Source of the DNA: Eledone cirrhosa
Lineage: Eukaryota
Assembly: GCA_964016885.1 (NCBI GenBank)
Contig: OZ024744.1
Coordinates: forward strand, 12,090,001 to 12,154,000
DNA length: 64,000 nt
Direction of reading: 5' to 3'
Shown piece after piece: positions 13,501 through 29,400 of this stretch (the stretch's first letter is position 1; every line of letters starts with the position of its first letter). Below the pieces are notes generated by a model, which was given only the letters and a program-made list of their open reading frames with translations, searched no databases and was not told the origin of the DNA. The position numbers were made by a program, and so were the translations under genes.

Positions 13501-16500
13501 TGTGACCATCTAATGACAGTCTATAACATAAAACGTTCTATGTGACCATCTAATAACAGTCTATAACATAAAACATTCTATTTGACCATCTAATAACAGT
13601 CTATAACATAATATATTCTAGTTGACCATCTAATGACTGTCTATAACATAGAAATTTCTATGTGACCATCTAATGACAGTCTATAACATAAAACATTCTA
13701 TTTGACCATCTAATCGCTGTCTATAACATGAAGCATTCTATGTGACGATCTAATCACTGTCTATAACATGAAACATTCTATTTGTCCATCTAATGACTGT
13801 CTATAACATGAAATATTCTATTTGTCCATCTAATGACGGTCTATAACATTAAACATTCTATTTCACCATGTAATGACTGTCTATAACATAAAACATTCTA
13901 TTTGACAATCTAATGACTGTCTATAACATAAAACATTCTATTTGAGCATCTAATGACTGTCTATAACATAAAACATTCTATTTGACCATCTAACGACTGT
14001 CTATAACATAACACATTCTATTTCACCATCTAATGACTGTATAGAACGTAAAACATTCTATTTAACCATGTAATGACGGTATATAACATAACACATTCTA
14101 TTTAACCATCTAATGACGGTCTATAACATAAAGCAACTATTTGTCCATCTAATGACGGTCTATAACATAAAACATTCTACGTGACCATCTAATGACTGTC
14201 TATGACATAAAACATTCTATTTGTCCATCTAATGATCGTCTATAACATAACACATTATATTTGTCCATCTAATGACGGTCTATAACATAAAACATTCTAT
14301 TTGTCCATCTAATGACTCTCTATAACATAAAACATTCTATTTGTCCATCTAATGACGGTCTATAACATAAAACATGCTATTTGTCCATCTAATGACGGTC
14401 TATAACATAAAACATTCTATTTGACCATCTAATGACTGTCTATAACATAAAACATTCTATGTGACCATCTAATGACTGTCTATAACATAAAACATTCTAT
14501 TTGTCCATGTAATGACTGTCTATAACATAAAGCATTCTATTTGTCCATCTAATGACGGTCTATAACATAAAACATTCTATTTCACCATCTAATGACTGTC
14601 TATAACATAAAACATTCTATGTGACCATCTAATGACAGTCTATAACATAAAACATTCTATTTGACCATCAAATGACTATTTATAACATAACACATTCTAT
14701 TTGACCATCTAATCACTGTCTTTAACATAAAACATTATATTTGTCCATCTAATGACTCTCTATAACATAAAACATTCTATTTGTCCATCTAATCTCGGTC
14801 TATAACATAAAACATTCTATTTGACCATCTAATGACTCTCTATAACATAAAACATTCTATGTGACCATCTAATGACGGTCTATAACATAAAACATTCTAT
14901 TTGTCCATCTAATGACTGTCTATAACATAAAACATTCTATTTGACCATCTAATGACTCTCTATGACATAAAACATTCTATTTGACCATCTAATGACTTTC
15001 TATAACATGACGGATTCTATGTGACGATCTAATCTCTGTCTATAACATGAAACATTCTATTTGTCCATCTAATGACTGTCTATAACATAAAACATACTAT
15101 TTGTCCATCTAATGACGGTCTATAACATAAAACATTCTATTTGACCATCTAATGACTCTCTATAACATAAAACATTCTATTTGTCCATCTAATGACTGTC
15201 TATAACATGAAACGTTCAATTTGTCCATCTAATGACGGTCTATAACATGAAACATTCTATTTGACAATCTAATGACTGTCTATAACATAAAAAATTCTAA
15301 TTGACCATTGAATGACTGTCTATAACATAAGACATTCTATTTGACAATCTAATGGCTGTCTATAACATAAAACATTCTATTTGACCATCAAATGACTGTC
15401 TATAACATAAAACGTTCTATTTGAACATCTAATCACTGTCTTTAACATAAAACATTCTATGTGACCATCTAATGACAGTCTATAACATAAAACATTCTAT
15501 GTGACCATCTAATAACAGTCTATAACATAAAACATTCTATTTGACCATCTAATGACTCTCTATAACATAAAATATTCTATTTGACCATCTAATGACTGTC
15601 TATAACATAGAAATTTCTATGTGACCATCTAATGACAGTCTATAACATAAAACATTCTATTTGACCACAAATGAATGTCTATAACATGAAACATTCTATT
15701 TATCCATCTAATGACTGTCTATAACATGAAATATTCTATTTGTCCATCTAATGACGGTCTATAACATTAAACATTCTATTTCACCATGTAATGACTGTCT
15801 ATAACATAAAACATTCTATTTGACAATCTAATGACTGTCTATAACATAAAACATTCTATTTGAGCATCTAATGACTGTCTATAACATAAAACATTCTATT
15901 TGACCATCTAACGACTGTCTATAACATAACACATTCTATTTCACCATCTAATGACTGTCTATAACATAAAACATTCTATTTCACCATCTAATAACTGTCT
16001 ATAACATAAAACATAATATGTGACCATCTAATGACGGTCTATAACATAAAACAACTATTTGTCCATCTAATGACGGTCTATAACATAAAACATTCTACGT
16101 GACCATCTAATGACTCTCTATAACATAAAACATTCTATGTGACCATCTCATGACTGTCTATGACATAAAACATTCTATTTTTCCATCTAATGACCGTCTA
16201 TAACATAACACATTATATTTGTCCATCTAATGACGGTCTATAACATAAAACATTCTATTTCACCATCTAATAACTGTCTATAACATAAAACATAATATGT
16301 GACCGTCTAATGACAATCTATAACATAAAACATTATATTTGATCATCAAATGACTGTCTATAACATAAACCATTCTATTTGACCATCTAATGACTGTCTA
16401 TAACATAAAACATTCTATTTGACAATCTAATGACTGTCTATAACATAAAACATTCTATTTTACCATCTAATGACTGTCCATAACATAAAACATTCTGTTT

Positions 16501-17499
16501 GACCATCTAATGACTATCTATAACATAGAACATTCTATTTGACAATCTAATGACAGTCTATAACATAAAACATTCTATTTGACCATCTAATGACTGTCTA
16601 TAACATAACACATTCTATTTCACCATGTAATGACGGTATATAACATAACACATTCTATTCAACCATCTAATGACGGTCTATAACATAAAACAACTATTTG
16701 TCCATCTAATGACGGTCTATAACATAAAACATTCTACGTGACCATCTAATGACTCTCTATAACATAAAACATTCTATGTGACCATCTAATGACTGTCTAT
16801 GACATAAGACATTCTATTTGTCCATCTAATGACCGTCTATACCATAACACATTATATTTGTCCATCTAATGACTCTCTATAACATAAAACATTCTATTTG
16901 TCCATCTAATGACGGTCTATAACATAAAACATCTATTTGTCCATCTAATGACGGTCTATAACATAAAACATTATATGTGACCATCTAATGACATTCTATA
17001 ACATAAAACATTCTATTTGTCCATCTAATGACTGTCTATAACATAAAACATTCTATTTGTCCATCTAATCTCGGTCTATAACATAAAACATTCTATGTGA
17101 CCATCTAATGACAGTCTATAACATAAAACATTCTATTTGACCATCTAATGACTCTCTATAACATAAAACATTCTATTTGACCATCTAATGACTGTCTATA
17201 ACATAAAACATTCTATGTGACCATCTAATGACAGTCTATAACATAAAACATTCTATTTGACCATCAAATGAATGTCTATAACATAAAACATTCTATTTGT
17301 CCATCTAATGACTGTCTATAACATGAAACATTCTATTTGTCCATCTAATGACGGTCTATAACATTAAACATTCTATTTCACCATCTAATGACTGTCTATA
17401 ACATAAAACATTCTATTTGACAATCTAATGACTGTCTATAACATAAAACATTCTATTTGACCATCTAATGACTGTCTATAACATAAAACATTCTATTTG

Positions 17500-20400
17500 A
17501 CAATCTTATGACTGTCTATAACATAAAACATTCTATTTGACCATCTATTGACTGTCTATAACATAAAACATTCTATTTGTCCATCTAATCTCGGTCAATA
17601 ACATAAAACATTCTATATGACCATCTAATGACTCTCTATAACATAAAACATTCTATGTGTCCATCTAATGACCGTCTATAACATAACACATTATATTTGA
17701 CCATCTAATGACTGTCTATAACATAAAACATTCTACGTGACCATCTAATCACTGTCTTTAACATAAAACATTCTATGTGTCCATCTAATGACTCTCTATA
17801 ACATAAAACATTCTAGTTGTCCATCTAATGACGGTCTATAACATAAAACATTCTATTTGTCCATCTAATGACGGTCTATAACATAAAACATTCTATTTGC
17901 CCATCTAATGACTGTCTATAACATAAAACATTCTATGTGACCATCTAATGACTGTCTATAACATAAAACCTTCTATTTGACCATCTAATGATTCTCTATA
18001 ACATAAAACATTCTATGTGACCATCTAATGACTGTCTATAATATAAAACATTCTGTTTGTCCAGCTAATGACGGTCTATAACATAAAACATTCTATTTGT
18101 CCTTCTAATGAGTGTCTATAACATAGAACATTCAATTTGTCCATCTAATGACTGTCTATAACATAATATATTCTATTTGACCATCTAATGACTGTCTATA
18201 ACATAAAACATTCTATTTGACCAAATAATGACTGTCTATAACATAGAAAATTCTATGTGACCATTTAATGACTGTCTATAACATAAAACATTATATGTGA
18301 CCATCTAATGACGGTATATGACATAAAACATTCTATTTGTCCGTCTAATGACTGTCTATAACATAAAACATTCTATTTGTCCATCTAATGACGGTGTATA
18401 AAACAAAACATTCTATTTGACCATATAATGACTTTCTATAACATAAAACATTCTATGTGACCATCTAATAACGGTCTATAACATAAAACATTCTATTTGA
18501 CCATCTAATGACTGTCTATAACATAAAACATTCTATTTGTCCATCTAATGACTGTCTATAACATAAAACATACTATTTGTCCATCTAATGACGGTCTATA
18601 ACATAAAACATTCTATTTGACCATCTAATGACTGTCTATAACATAAAACATTCTATTTGACCATGTAATGACAGTCTATAACATAAAACATTCTATTTGA
18701 CCATCAAATGACTGTCTATAAGATTAAACATTCTATTTGACCATTAATGACTGTCTATAACATGAAAGATTCTATGTGACGATCTAATCACTGTCTATAA
18801 CATGAAACATTCTATTTGTCCATCTAATGACTGTCTATAACATGAAACATTCTATTTGTCAATCTAATGACGGTCTATAACATTAAACATTCTATTTCAC
18901 CATCTAATGACTCTCTATAACATGAAATATTCTATTTGACAATCTAATGACTATCTATAACATAAAACATTCTATTTGACCATCTAATGACTGTCTATAA
19001 CATTACACATTCTATTTCACCATCTAATGACTGTCTAGAACGTAAAACATTCTATTTAACCATGTAATGACGTTATATAACATAACACATTCTATTTAAA
19101 CATCTAATGACGGTCTATAACATAACACATCTATTTGTCCATCTAATAACGGTCTATAACATAAAACATTCTATTTGACAATCTAATGACTGTCTATAAC
19201 ATAAAACATTCTATTTGACCATCTAATGACTGTCTATAACATAAAACATTCTATTTGACCATTTAATGACTATCTATAACATAAAACATTCTATTTGACC
19301 ATCTAATGACTGTCTATAACATAACACATTCTATTTCACCATCTAATGACTGTCTATAACGTAAAACATTCTATTTAAGCATGTAATAATATAACACATT
19401 CTATTTAACCATCTAATGACGGTCTATAACATAAGACATCTATTTGTCCATCTAATGACAGTCTATAACATAAAACATTCTATGTGATCATCTAATGACT
19501 CTCTATAACATAAAACATTCTATTTGTCCATCTAATGACTGCCTATATCATAAAACATTCTATTTGTACATCTAATCTCGGTCTATAACATAAAACATTC
19601 TATTTGTCCTTCTAATGAGTGTCTATAACATAGAACATTCAATTTGTCCATCTAATGACTGTCTATAACATAAAACATTCTATTTGACCATCTAATGACT
19701 GTCTATAACATAAAACATTCTATTTGACCAAATAACGACTGTCTATAACATAGAACATTCTATGTGACCATTTAATGACTGTCTATAACATAAAACATTA
19801 TATGTGACCATCTAATGACGGTCTATAACATAAAACATTCTATTTGAACATCTAATGACTGTCTATAACATAAAACATTCTATTTGTCCGTCTAATGACT
19901 GTCTATAACATAAAACATTCTATTTGTCCATCTAATGATGGTGTATAAAACAAAACATTCTATTTGACCATCTAATGACTCTCTATAACATAAAACATTC
20001 TATTTGACCATCTAATAACTGTCTATAATATAAAACATTCTATTTGTCCAGCTAATGACGGTCTATAACATAAAACATACTATTTGTCCTTCTAATGACT
20101 GTCTATAACATAGAACATTCTATTTGTCCATCTAATGACTGTCTATAACATAAAACATTCTATTTGTCCATCTAATGACGGTCTATAACAAAACATTCTG
20201 TTTGACCATATAATGACATTCTATAACATAAAACATTCTATGTGACCATCTAATGACTGTCTATAACATAAAACATTCTATTTGACCATCTAATGACTGT
20301 CTATAACATAAAACATTCTATTTGTCCATCTAATGACTGTCTATAACATAAAACATACTATTTGTCCATCTAATGACGGTCTATAACATAAAACATTCTA

Positions 20401-23400
20401 TTTGACCATCTAATGATTCTCTATAACATAAAACATTCTATGTGACCATCTAATGACTGTCTATAATATAAAACATTCTGTTTGTCCAGCTAATGACGGT
20501 CTATAACATAAAACATTCTATTTGTCCTTCTAATGAGTGTCTATAACATAGAACATTCAATTTGTCCATCTAATGACTGTCTATAACATAATATATTCTA
20601 TTTGACCATCTAATGACTGTCTATAACATGAAACATTCTATTTGACCAAATAATGACTGTCTATAACATAGAACATTCTATGTGACCATTTAATGACTGT
20701 CTATAACATAAAACATTATATGTGACCATCTAATGACGGTATATGACATAAAACATTCTATTTGTCCGTCTAATGACTGTCTATAACATAAAACATTCTA
20801 TTTGACCATCTAATGACGGTGTATAAAACAAAACATTCTATTTGACCATATAATGACTTTCTATAACATAAAACATTCTATGTGACCATCTAATAACGGT
20901 CTATAACATAAAACATTCTATTTGACCATCTAATGACTGTCTATAACATAAAACATTCTATTTGTCCATCTAATGACTGTCTATAACATAAAACATACTA
21001 TTTGTCCATCTAATGACGGTCTATAACATAAAACATTCTATTTGACCATCTAATGACTCTCTATAACATAAAACATTCTATTTGACCATGTAATGACAGT
21101 CTATAACATGAAACATTCTATTTGACCATCAAATGACTGTCTATAAGATTAAACATTCTATTTGACCATTAATGACTGTCTATAACATGAAAGATTCTAT
21201 GTGACGATCTAATCACTGTCTATAACATGAAACATTCTATTTGTCCATCTAATGACTGTCTATAACATGAAACATTCTATTTGTCAATCTAATGACGGTC
21301 TATAACATTAAACATTCTATTTCACCATCTAATGACTCTCTATAACATGAAATATTCTATTTGACAATCTAATGACTGTCTATAACATAAATCATTCTAT
21401 TTGACCATCTAATGACTGTCTATAACATAAAACATTCTATTTGACCATCTAATGAATATCTATAACATAAAACATTCTATTTGACAATCTAATGACTATC
21501 TATAACATAAAACATTCTATTTGACCATCTAATGACTGTCTATAACATTACACATTCTATTTCACCATCTAATGACTGTCTAGAACGTAAAACATTCTAT
21601 TTAACCATGTAATGACGGTATATAACATAACACATTCTATTTAAACATCTAATGACGGTCTATAACATAACACATCTATTTGTCCATCTAATGACGGTCT
21701 ATAACATAAAACATTCTATGTGACCATCTAATGACTCTCTATAACATTAAACATTCTATTTCACCATCTAATGACTGTCTATAACATAAAACATTCTATT
21801 TGACAATCTAATGACTGTCTATAACATAAAACATTCTATTTGACCATCTAATGACTGTCTATAACTTAAAACATTCTATTTGACCATTTAATGACTATCT
21901 ATAACATAAAACATTCTATTTGACCATCTAATGACTGTCTATAACATAACACATTCTATTTCACCATCTAATGACTGTCTATAACGTAAAACATTCTATT
22001 TAAGCATGTAATAATATAACACGTTCTATTTAACCATCTAATGACGGTCTATAACATAAGACATCTATTTGTCCATCTAATGACAGTCTATAACATAAAA
22101 CATTCTATGTGATCATCTAATGACTCTCTATAACATAAAACATTCTATTTGTCCATCTAATGACTGCCTATATCATAAAACATTCTATTTGTCCATCTAA
22201 TCTCGGTCTATAACATAAAACATTCTATTTGTCCTTCTAATGAGTGTCTATAACATAGAACATTCAATTTGTCCATCTAATGACTGTCTATAACATAAAA
22301 CATTCTATTTGACCATCTAATGACTGTCTATAACATAAAACATTCTATTTGACCAAATAACGACTGTCTATAACATAGAACATTCTATGTGACCATTTAA
22401 TGACTGTCTATAACATAAAACATTATATGTGACCATCTAATGACGGTCTATAACATAAAACATTCTATTTGAACATCTAATGACTGTCTATAACATAAAA
22501 CATTCTATTTGTCCGTCTAATGACTGTCTATAACATAAAACATTCTATTTGTCCATCTAATGATGGTGTATAAAACAAAACATTCTATTTGACCATCTAA
22601 TGACTCTCTATAACATAAAACATTCTATTTGACCATCTAATAACTGTCTATAACATAAAACATTCTATTTGTCCATCTAATGACGGTGTATAAAACAAAA
22701 CATTCTATTTGACCATATAATGACTTTCTATAACATAAAACATTCTATGTGACCATCTAATAACGGTCTATAACATAAAACATTCTATTTGACCATCTAA
22801 TGACTGTCTATAACATAAAACATTCTATTTGTCCATCTAATGACTGTCCATAACATAAAACATACTATTTGTCCATCTAATGACGGTCTATAACATAAAA
22901 CATTCTATTTGACCATCTAATGACTCTCTATAACATAAAACATTCTATTTGACCATGTAATGACAGTCTATAACATGAAACATTCTATTTGACCATCAAA
23001 TGACTGTCTATAAGATTAAACATTCTATTTGACCATTAATGACTGTCTATAACATGAAAGATTCTATGTGACGATCTAATCACTGTCTATAACATGAAAC
23101 ATTCTATTTGTCCATCTAATGACTGTCTATAACATGAAACATTCTATTTGTCAATCTAATGACGGTCTATAACATTAAACATTCTATTTCACCATCTAAT
23201 GACTCTCTATAACATGAAATATTCTATTTGACAATCTAATGACTGTCTATAACATAAATCATTCTATTTGACCATCTAATGACTGTCTATAACATAAAAC
23301 ATTCTATTTGACCATCTAATGAATATCTATAACATAAAACATTCTATTTGACAATCTAATGACTATCTATAACATAGAACATTCTATTTGACCATCTAAT

Positions 23401-26400
23401 GACTGTCTATAACATTACACATTCTATTTCACCATCTAATGACTGTCTAGAACGTAAAACATTCTATTTAACCATGTAATGACGGTATATAACATAACAC
23501 ATTCTATTTAAACATCTAATGACGGTCTATAACATAACACATCTATTTGTCCATCTAATGACGGTCTATAACATAAAACATTCTATGTGACCATCTAATG
23601 ACTCTCTATAACATTAAACATTCTATTTCACCATCTAATGACTGTCTATAACATAAAACATTCTATTTGACAATCTAATGACTGTCTATAACATAAAACA
23701 TTCTATTTGACCATCTAATGACTGTCTATAACATAAAACATTCTATTTGACCATTTAATGACTATCTATAACATAAAACATTCTATTTGACCATCTAATG
23801 ACTGTCTATAACATAACACATTCTATTTCACCATCTAATAACTGTCTATAACGTAAAACATTCTATTTAAGCATGTAATAATATAACACATTCTATTTCA
23901 CCATCTAATGACTGTCTATAACATAAAACATTCTATTTGACAATCTAATGACTGTCTATAACATAAACATTCTATTTGACCATCTAATAACTGTCTATAA
24001 TATAAAACATTCTATTTGTCCAGCTAATGACGGTCTATAACATAAAACATACTATTTGTCCTTCTAATGACTGTCTATAACATAGAACATTCTATTTGTC
24101 CATCTAATGACTGTCTATAACATAAAACATTCTATTTGTCCATCTAATGACGGTCTATAACAAAACATTCTGTTTGACCATATAATGACATTCTATAACA
24201 TAAAACATTCTATGTGACCATCTAATGACTGTCTATAACATAAAACATTCTATTTGTCCATCTAATGACTGTCTATAACATAAAACATACTATTTGTCCA
24301 TCTAATGACGGTCTATAACATAAAACATTCTATTTGTCCATCTAATGACGGTGTATAAAACAAAACATTCTATTTGACCATATAATGACTTTCTATAACA
24401 TAAAACATTCTATTTGACCATTTAATGACTATCTATAACGTAAAACATTCTATTTGACCATCTAATGACTGTCTATAACATAACACATTCTATTTCACCA
24501 TCTAATGACTGTCTATAACGTAAAACATTCTATTTAAGCATGTAATAATATAACACGTTCTATTTAACCATCTAATGACGGTCTATAACATAAGACATCT
24601 ATTTGTCCATCTAATGACAGTCTATAACATAAAACATTCTATGTGATCATCTAATGACTCTCTATAACATAAAACATTCTATTTGTCCATCTAATGACTG
24701 CCTATATCATAAAACATTCTATTTGTCCATCTAATCTCGGTCTATAACATAAAACATTCTATTTGTCCTTCTAATGAGTGTCTATAACATAGAACATTCA
24801 ATTTGTCCATCTAATGACTGTCTATAACATAAAACATTCTATTTGACCATCTAATGACTGTCTATAACATAAAACATTCTATTTGACCAAATAACGACTG
24901 TCTATAACATAGAACATTCTATGTGACCATTTAATGACTGTCTATAACATAAAACATTATATGTGACCATCTAATGACGGTCTATAACATAAAACATTCT
25001 ATTTGAACATCTAATGACTGTCTATAACATAAAACATTCTATTTGTCCGTCTAATGACTGTCTATAACATAAAACATTCTATTTGTCCATCTAATGATGG
25101 TGTATAAAACAAAACATTCTATTTGACCATCTAATGACTCTCTATAACATAAAACATTCTATTTGACCATCTAATAACTGTCTATAACATAAAACATTCT
25201 ATTTGTCCATCTAATGACGGTGTATAAAACAAAACATTCTATTTGACCATATAATGACTTTCTATAACATAAAACATTCTATGTGACCATCTAATAACGG
25301 TCTATAACATAAAACATTCTATTTGACCATCTAATGACTGTCTATAACATAAAACATTCTATTTGTCCATCTAATGACGGTCTATAACATAAAACATACT
25401 ATTTGTCCTTCTAATGACTGTCTATAACATAGAACATTCTATTTGTCCATCTAATGACTGTCTATAACATAAAACATTCTATTTGTCCATCTAATGACGG
25501 TCTATAACAAAACATTCTGTTTGACCATATAATGACATTCTATAACATAAAACATTCTATGTGACCATCTAATGACTGTCTATAACATAAAACATACTAT
25601 TTGTCCATCTAATGACGGTCTATAACATAAAACATTCTATTTGTCCATCTAATGACGGTGTATAAAACAAAACATTCTATTTGACCATATAATGACTTTC
25701 TATAACATAAAACATTCTATGTGACCATCTAATAACGGTCTATAACATAAAACATTCTATTTGACCATCTAATGACTGTCTATAACATAAAACATTCTAT
25801 TTGTCCATCTAATGACTGTCTATAACATAAAACATACTATTTGTCCATCTAATGACGGTCTATAACATAAAACATTCTATTTGACCATCTAATGACTCTC
25901 TATAACATAAAACATTCTATTTGACCATGTAATGACAGTCTATAACATGAAACATTCTATTTGACCATCAAATGACTGTCTATAAGATTAATCATTCTAT
26001 TTGACCATTAATGACTGTCTATAACATGAAATATTCTATGTGACGATCTAATCACTGTCTATAACATGAAACATTCTATTTGTCCATCTAATGACTGTCT
26101 ATAACATGAAACATTCTATTTGTCAATCTAATGACGGTCTATAACATTAAACATTCTATTTCACCATCTAATGACTCTCTATAACATGAAATATTCTATT
26201 TGACAATCTAATGACTGTCTATAACATAAATCATTCTATTTGACCATCTAATGACTGTCTATAACATAAAACATTCTATTTGACCATCTAATGAATATCT
26301 ATAACATAAAACATTCTATTTGACAATCTAATGACTATCTATAACATAAAACATTCTATTTGACCATCTAATGACTGTCTATAACATTACACATTCTATT

Positions 26401-29400
26401 TCACCATCTAATGACTGTCTAGAACGTAAAACATTCTATTTAACCATGTAATGACGGTATATAACATAACACATTCTATTTAAACATCTAATGACGGTCT
26501 ATAACATAACACATCTATTTGTCCATCTAATGACGGTCTATAACATAAAACATTCTATGTGACCATCTAATGACTCTCTATAACATTAAACATTCTATTT
26601 CACCATCTAATGACTGTCTATAACATAAAACATTCTATTTGACAATCTAATGACTGTCTATAACATAAAACATTCTATTTGACCATCTAATGACTGTCTA
26701 TAACATAAAACATTCTATTTGACCATTTAATGACTATCTATAACATAAAACATTCTATTTGACCATCTAATGACTGTCTATAACATAACACATTCTATTT
26801 CACCATCTAATGACTGTCTATAACGTAAAACATTCTATTTAAGCATGTAATAATATAACACGTTCTATTTAACCATCTAATGACGGTCTATAACATAAGA
26901 CATCTATTTGTCCATCTAATGACAGTCTATAACATAAAACATTCTATGTGATCATCTAATGACTCTCTATAACATAAAACATTCTATTTGTCCATCTAAT
27001 GACTGCCTATATCATAAAACATTCTATTTGTCCATCTAATCTCGGTCTATAACATAAAACATTCTATTTGTCCTTCTAATGAGTGTCTATAACATAGAAC
27101 ATTCAATTTGTCCATCTAATGACTGTCTATAACATAAAACATTCTATTTGACCGTCTAATGACTGTCTATAACATAAAACATTCTATTTGACCAAATAAC
27201 GACTGTCTATAACATAGAACATTCTATGTGACCATTTAATGACTGTCTATAACATAAAACATTATATGTGACCATCTAATGACGGTCTATAACATAAAAC
27301 ATTCTATTTGAACATCTAATGACTGTCTATAACATAAAACATTCTATTTGTCCATCTAATGATGGTGTATAAAACAAAACATTCTATTTGACCATCTAAT
27401 GACTCTCTATGACATAAAACATTCTATTTGACCATCTAATAACTGTCTATAACATAAAACATTCTATTTGTCCATCTAATGACGGTGTATAAAACAAAAC
27501 ATTCTATTTGACCATATAATGACTTTCTATAACATAAAACATTCTATGTGACCATCTAATAACGGTCTATAACATAAAACATTCTATTTGACCATCTAAT
27601 GACTGTCTATAACATAAAACATTCTATTTGTCCATCTAATGACTGTCCATAACATAAAACATACTATTTGTCCATCTAATGACGGTCTATAACATAAAAC
27701 ATTCTATTTGACCATCTAATGACTCTCTATAACATAAAACATTCTATTTGACCATGTAATGACAGTCTATAACATGAAACATTCTATTTGACCATCAAAT
27801 GACTGTCTATAAGATTAAACATTCTATTTGACCATTAATGACTGTCTATAACATGAAAGATTCTATGTGACGATCTAATCACTGTCTATAACATGAAACA
27901 TTCTATTTGTCCATCTAATGACTGTCTATAACATGAAACATTCTATTTGTCAATCTAATGACGGTCTATAACATTAAACATTCTATTTCACCATCTAATG
28001 ACTCTCTATAACATGAAATATTCTATTTGACAATCTAATGACTGTCTATAACATAAATCATTCTATTTGACCATCTAATGACTGTCTATAACATAAAACA
28101 TTCTATTTGACCATCTAATGAATATCTATAACATAAAACATTCTATTTGACAATCTAATGACTATCTATAACATAAAACATTCTCTTTGACCATCTAATG
28201 ACTGTCTATAACATTACACATTCTATTTCACCATCTAATGACTGTCTAGAACGTAAAACATTCTATTTAACCATGTAATGACGGTATATAACATAACACA
28301 TTCTATTTAAACATCTAATGACGGTCTATAACATAATACATTCTATTTGACAATCTAATGACTGTCTATAACATAAAACATTCTATTTGACCATCTAATG
28401 ACTGTCTATAACATTAAACATTCTATTTGACCATTTAATGACTATCTATAACATAAAACATTCTATATGACCATCTAATGACTGTCTATAACATAACACA
28501 TTCTATTTCACCATCTAATGACTGTCTATAACGTAAAACGTTCTATTTAAGCATGTAATAATATAACACATTCTATTTCACCATCTAATGACTGTCTATA
28601 ACATAAAACATTCTATTTGACAATCTAATGACTGTCTATAACATAAAACATTCTATTTGACCATCCAATAACTGTCTATAATATAAAACATTCTATTTGT
28701 CCAGCTAATGACGGTCTATAACATAAAACATACTATTTGTCCTTCTAATGACTGTCTATAACATAGAACATTCTATTTGTCCATCTAATGACTGTCTATA
28801 ACATAAAACATTCTATTTGTCCATCTAATGACGGTCTATAACAAAACATTCTGTTTGACCATATAATGACATTCTATAACATAAAACATTCTATGTGACC
28901 ATCTAATGACTGTCTATAACATAAAACATTCTATTTGTCCATCTAATGACTGTCTATAACATAAAACATACTATTTGTCCATCTAATGACGGTCTATAAC
29001 ATAAAACATTCTATTTGACCATCTAATGACTCTCTATAACATAAAACATTCTATTTGACCATGTAATGACAGTCTATAACATGAAACATTCTATTTGACC
29101 ATCAAATGACTGTCTATAAGATAAAACATTCTATTTGACCATCTAATGACTGTCTATAACATGAAAGATTCTATGTGACGATCTAATCACTGTCTATAAC
29201 ATGAAACATTCTATTTGTCCATCTAATGACTGTCTATAACATGAAACATTCTATTTGTCAATCTAATGACGGTCTATAACATTAAACATTCTATTTCACC
29301 ATCTAATGACTGTCTATAACATGAAATATTCTATTTGACAATCTAATGACTGTCTATAACATAAATCATTCTATTTGACCATCTAATGACTGTCTATAAC

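Larger units (their letters stand above)
1..17500. repeat. Satellite domain A (GAAGGAT / CAAATGAATG variant subfamily); 11.5-17.5 kb is more diverged and transitional
   Basis: Marker GAAGGATTCTAT occurs at 744, 2981, 4340, 5299, 7417, 8376, 10414, 12171 and 13050. CAAATGAATG occurs near 1324, 5798, 8875, 10994 and 17265. I did not see either marker further downstream. Confidence 0.75.
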
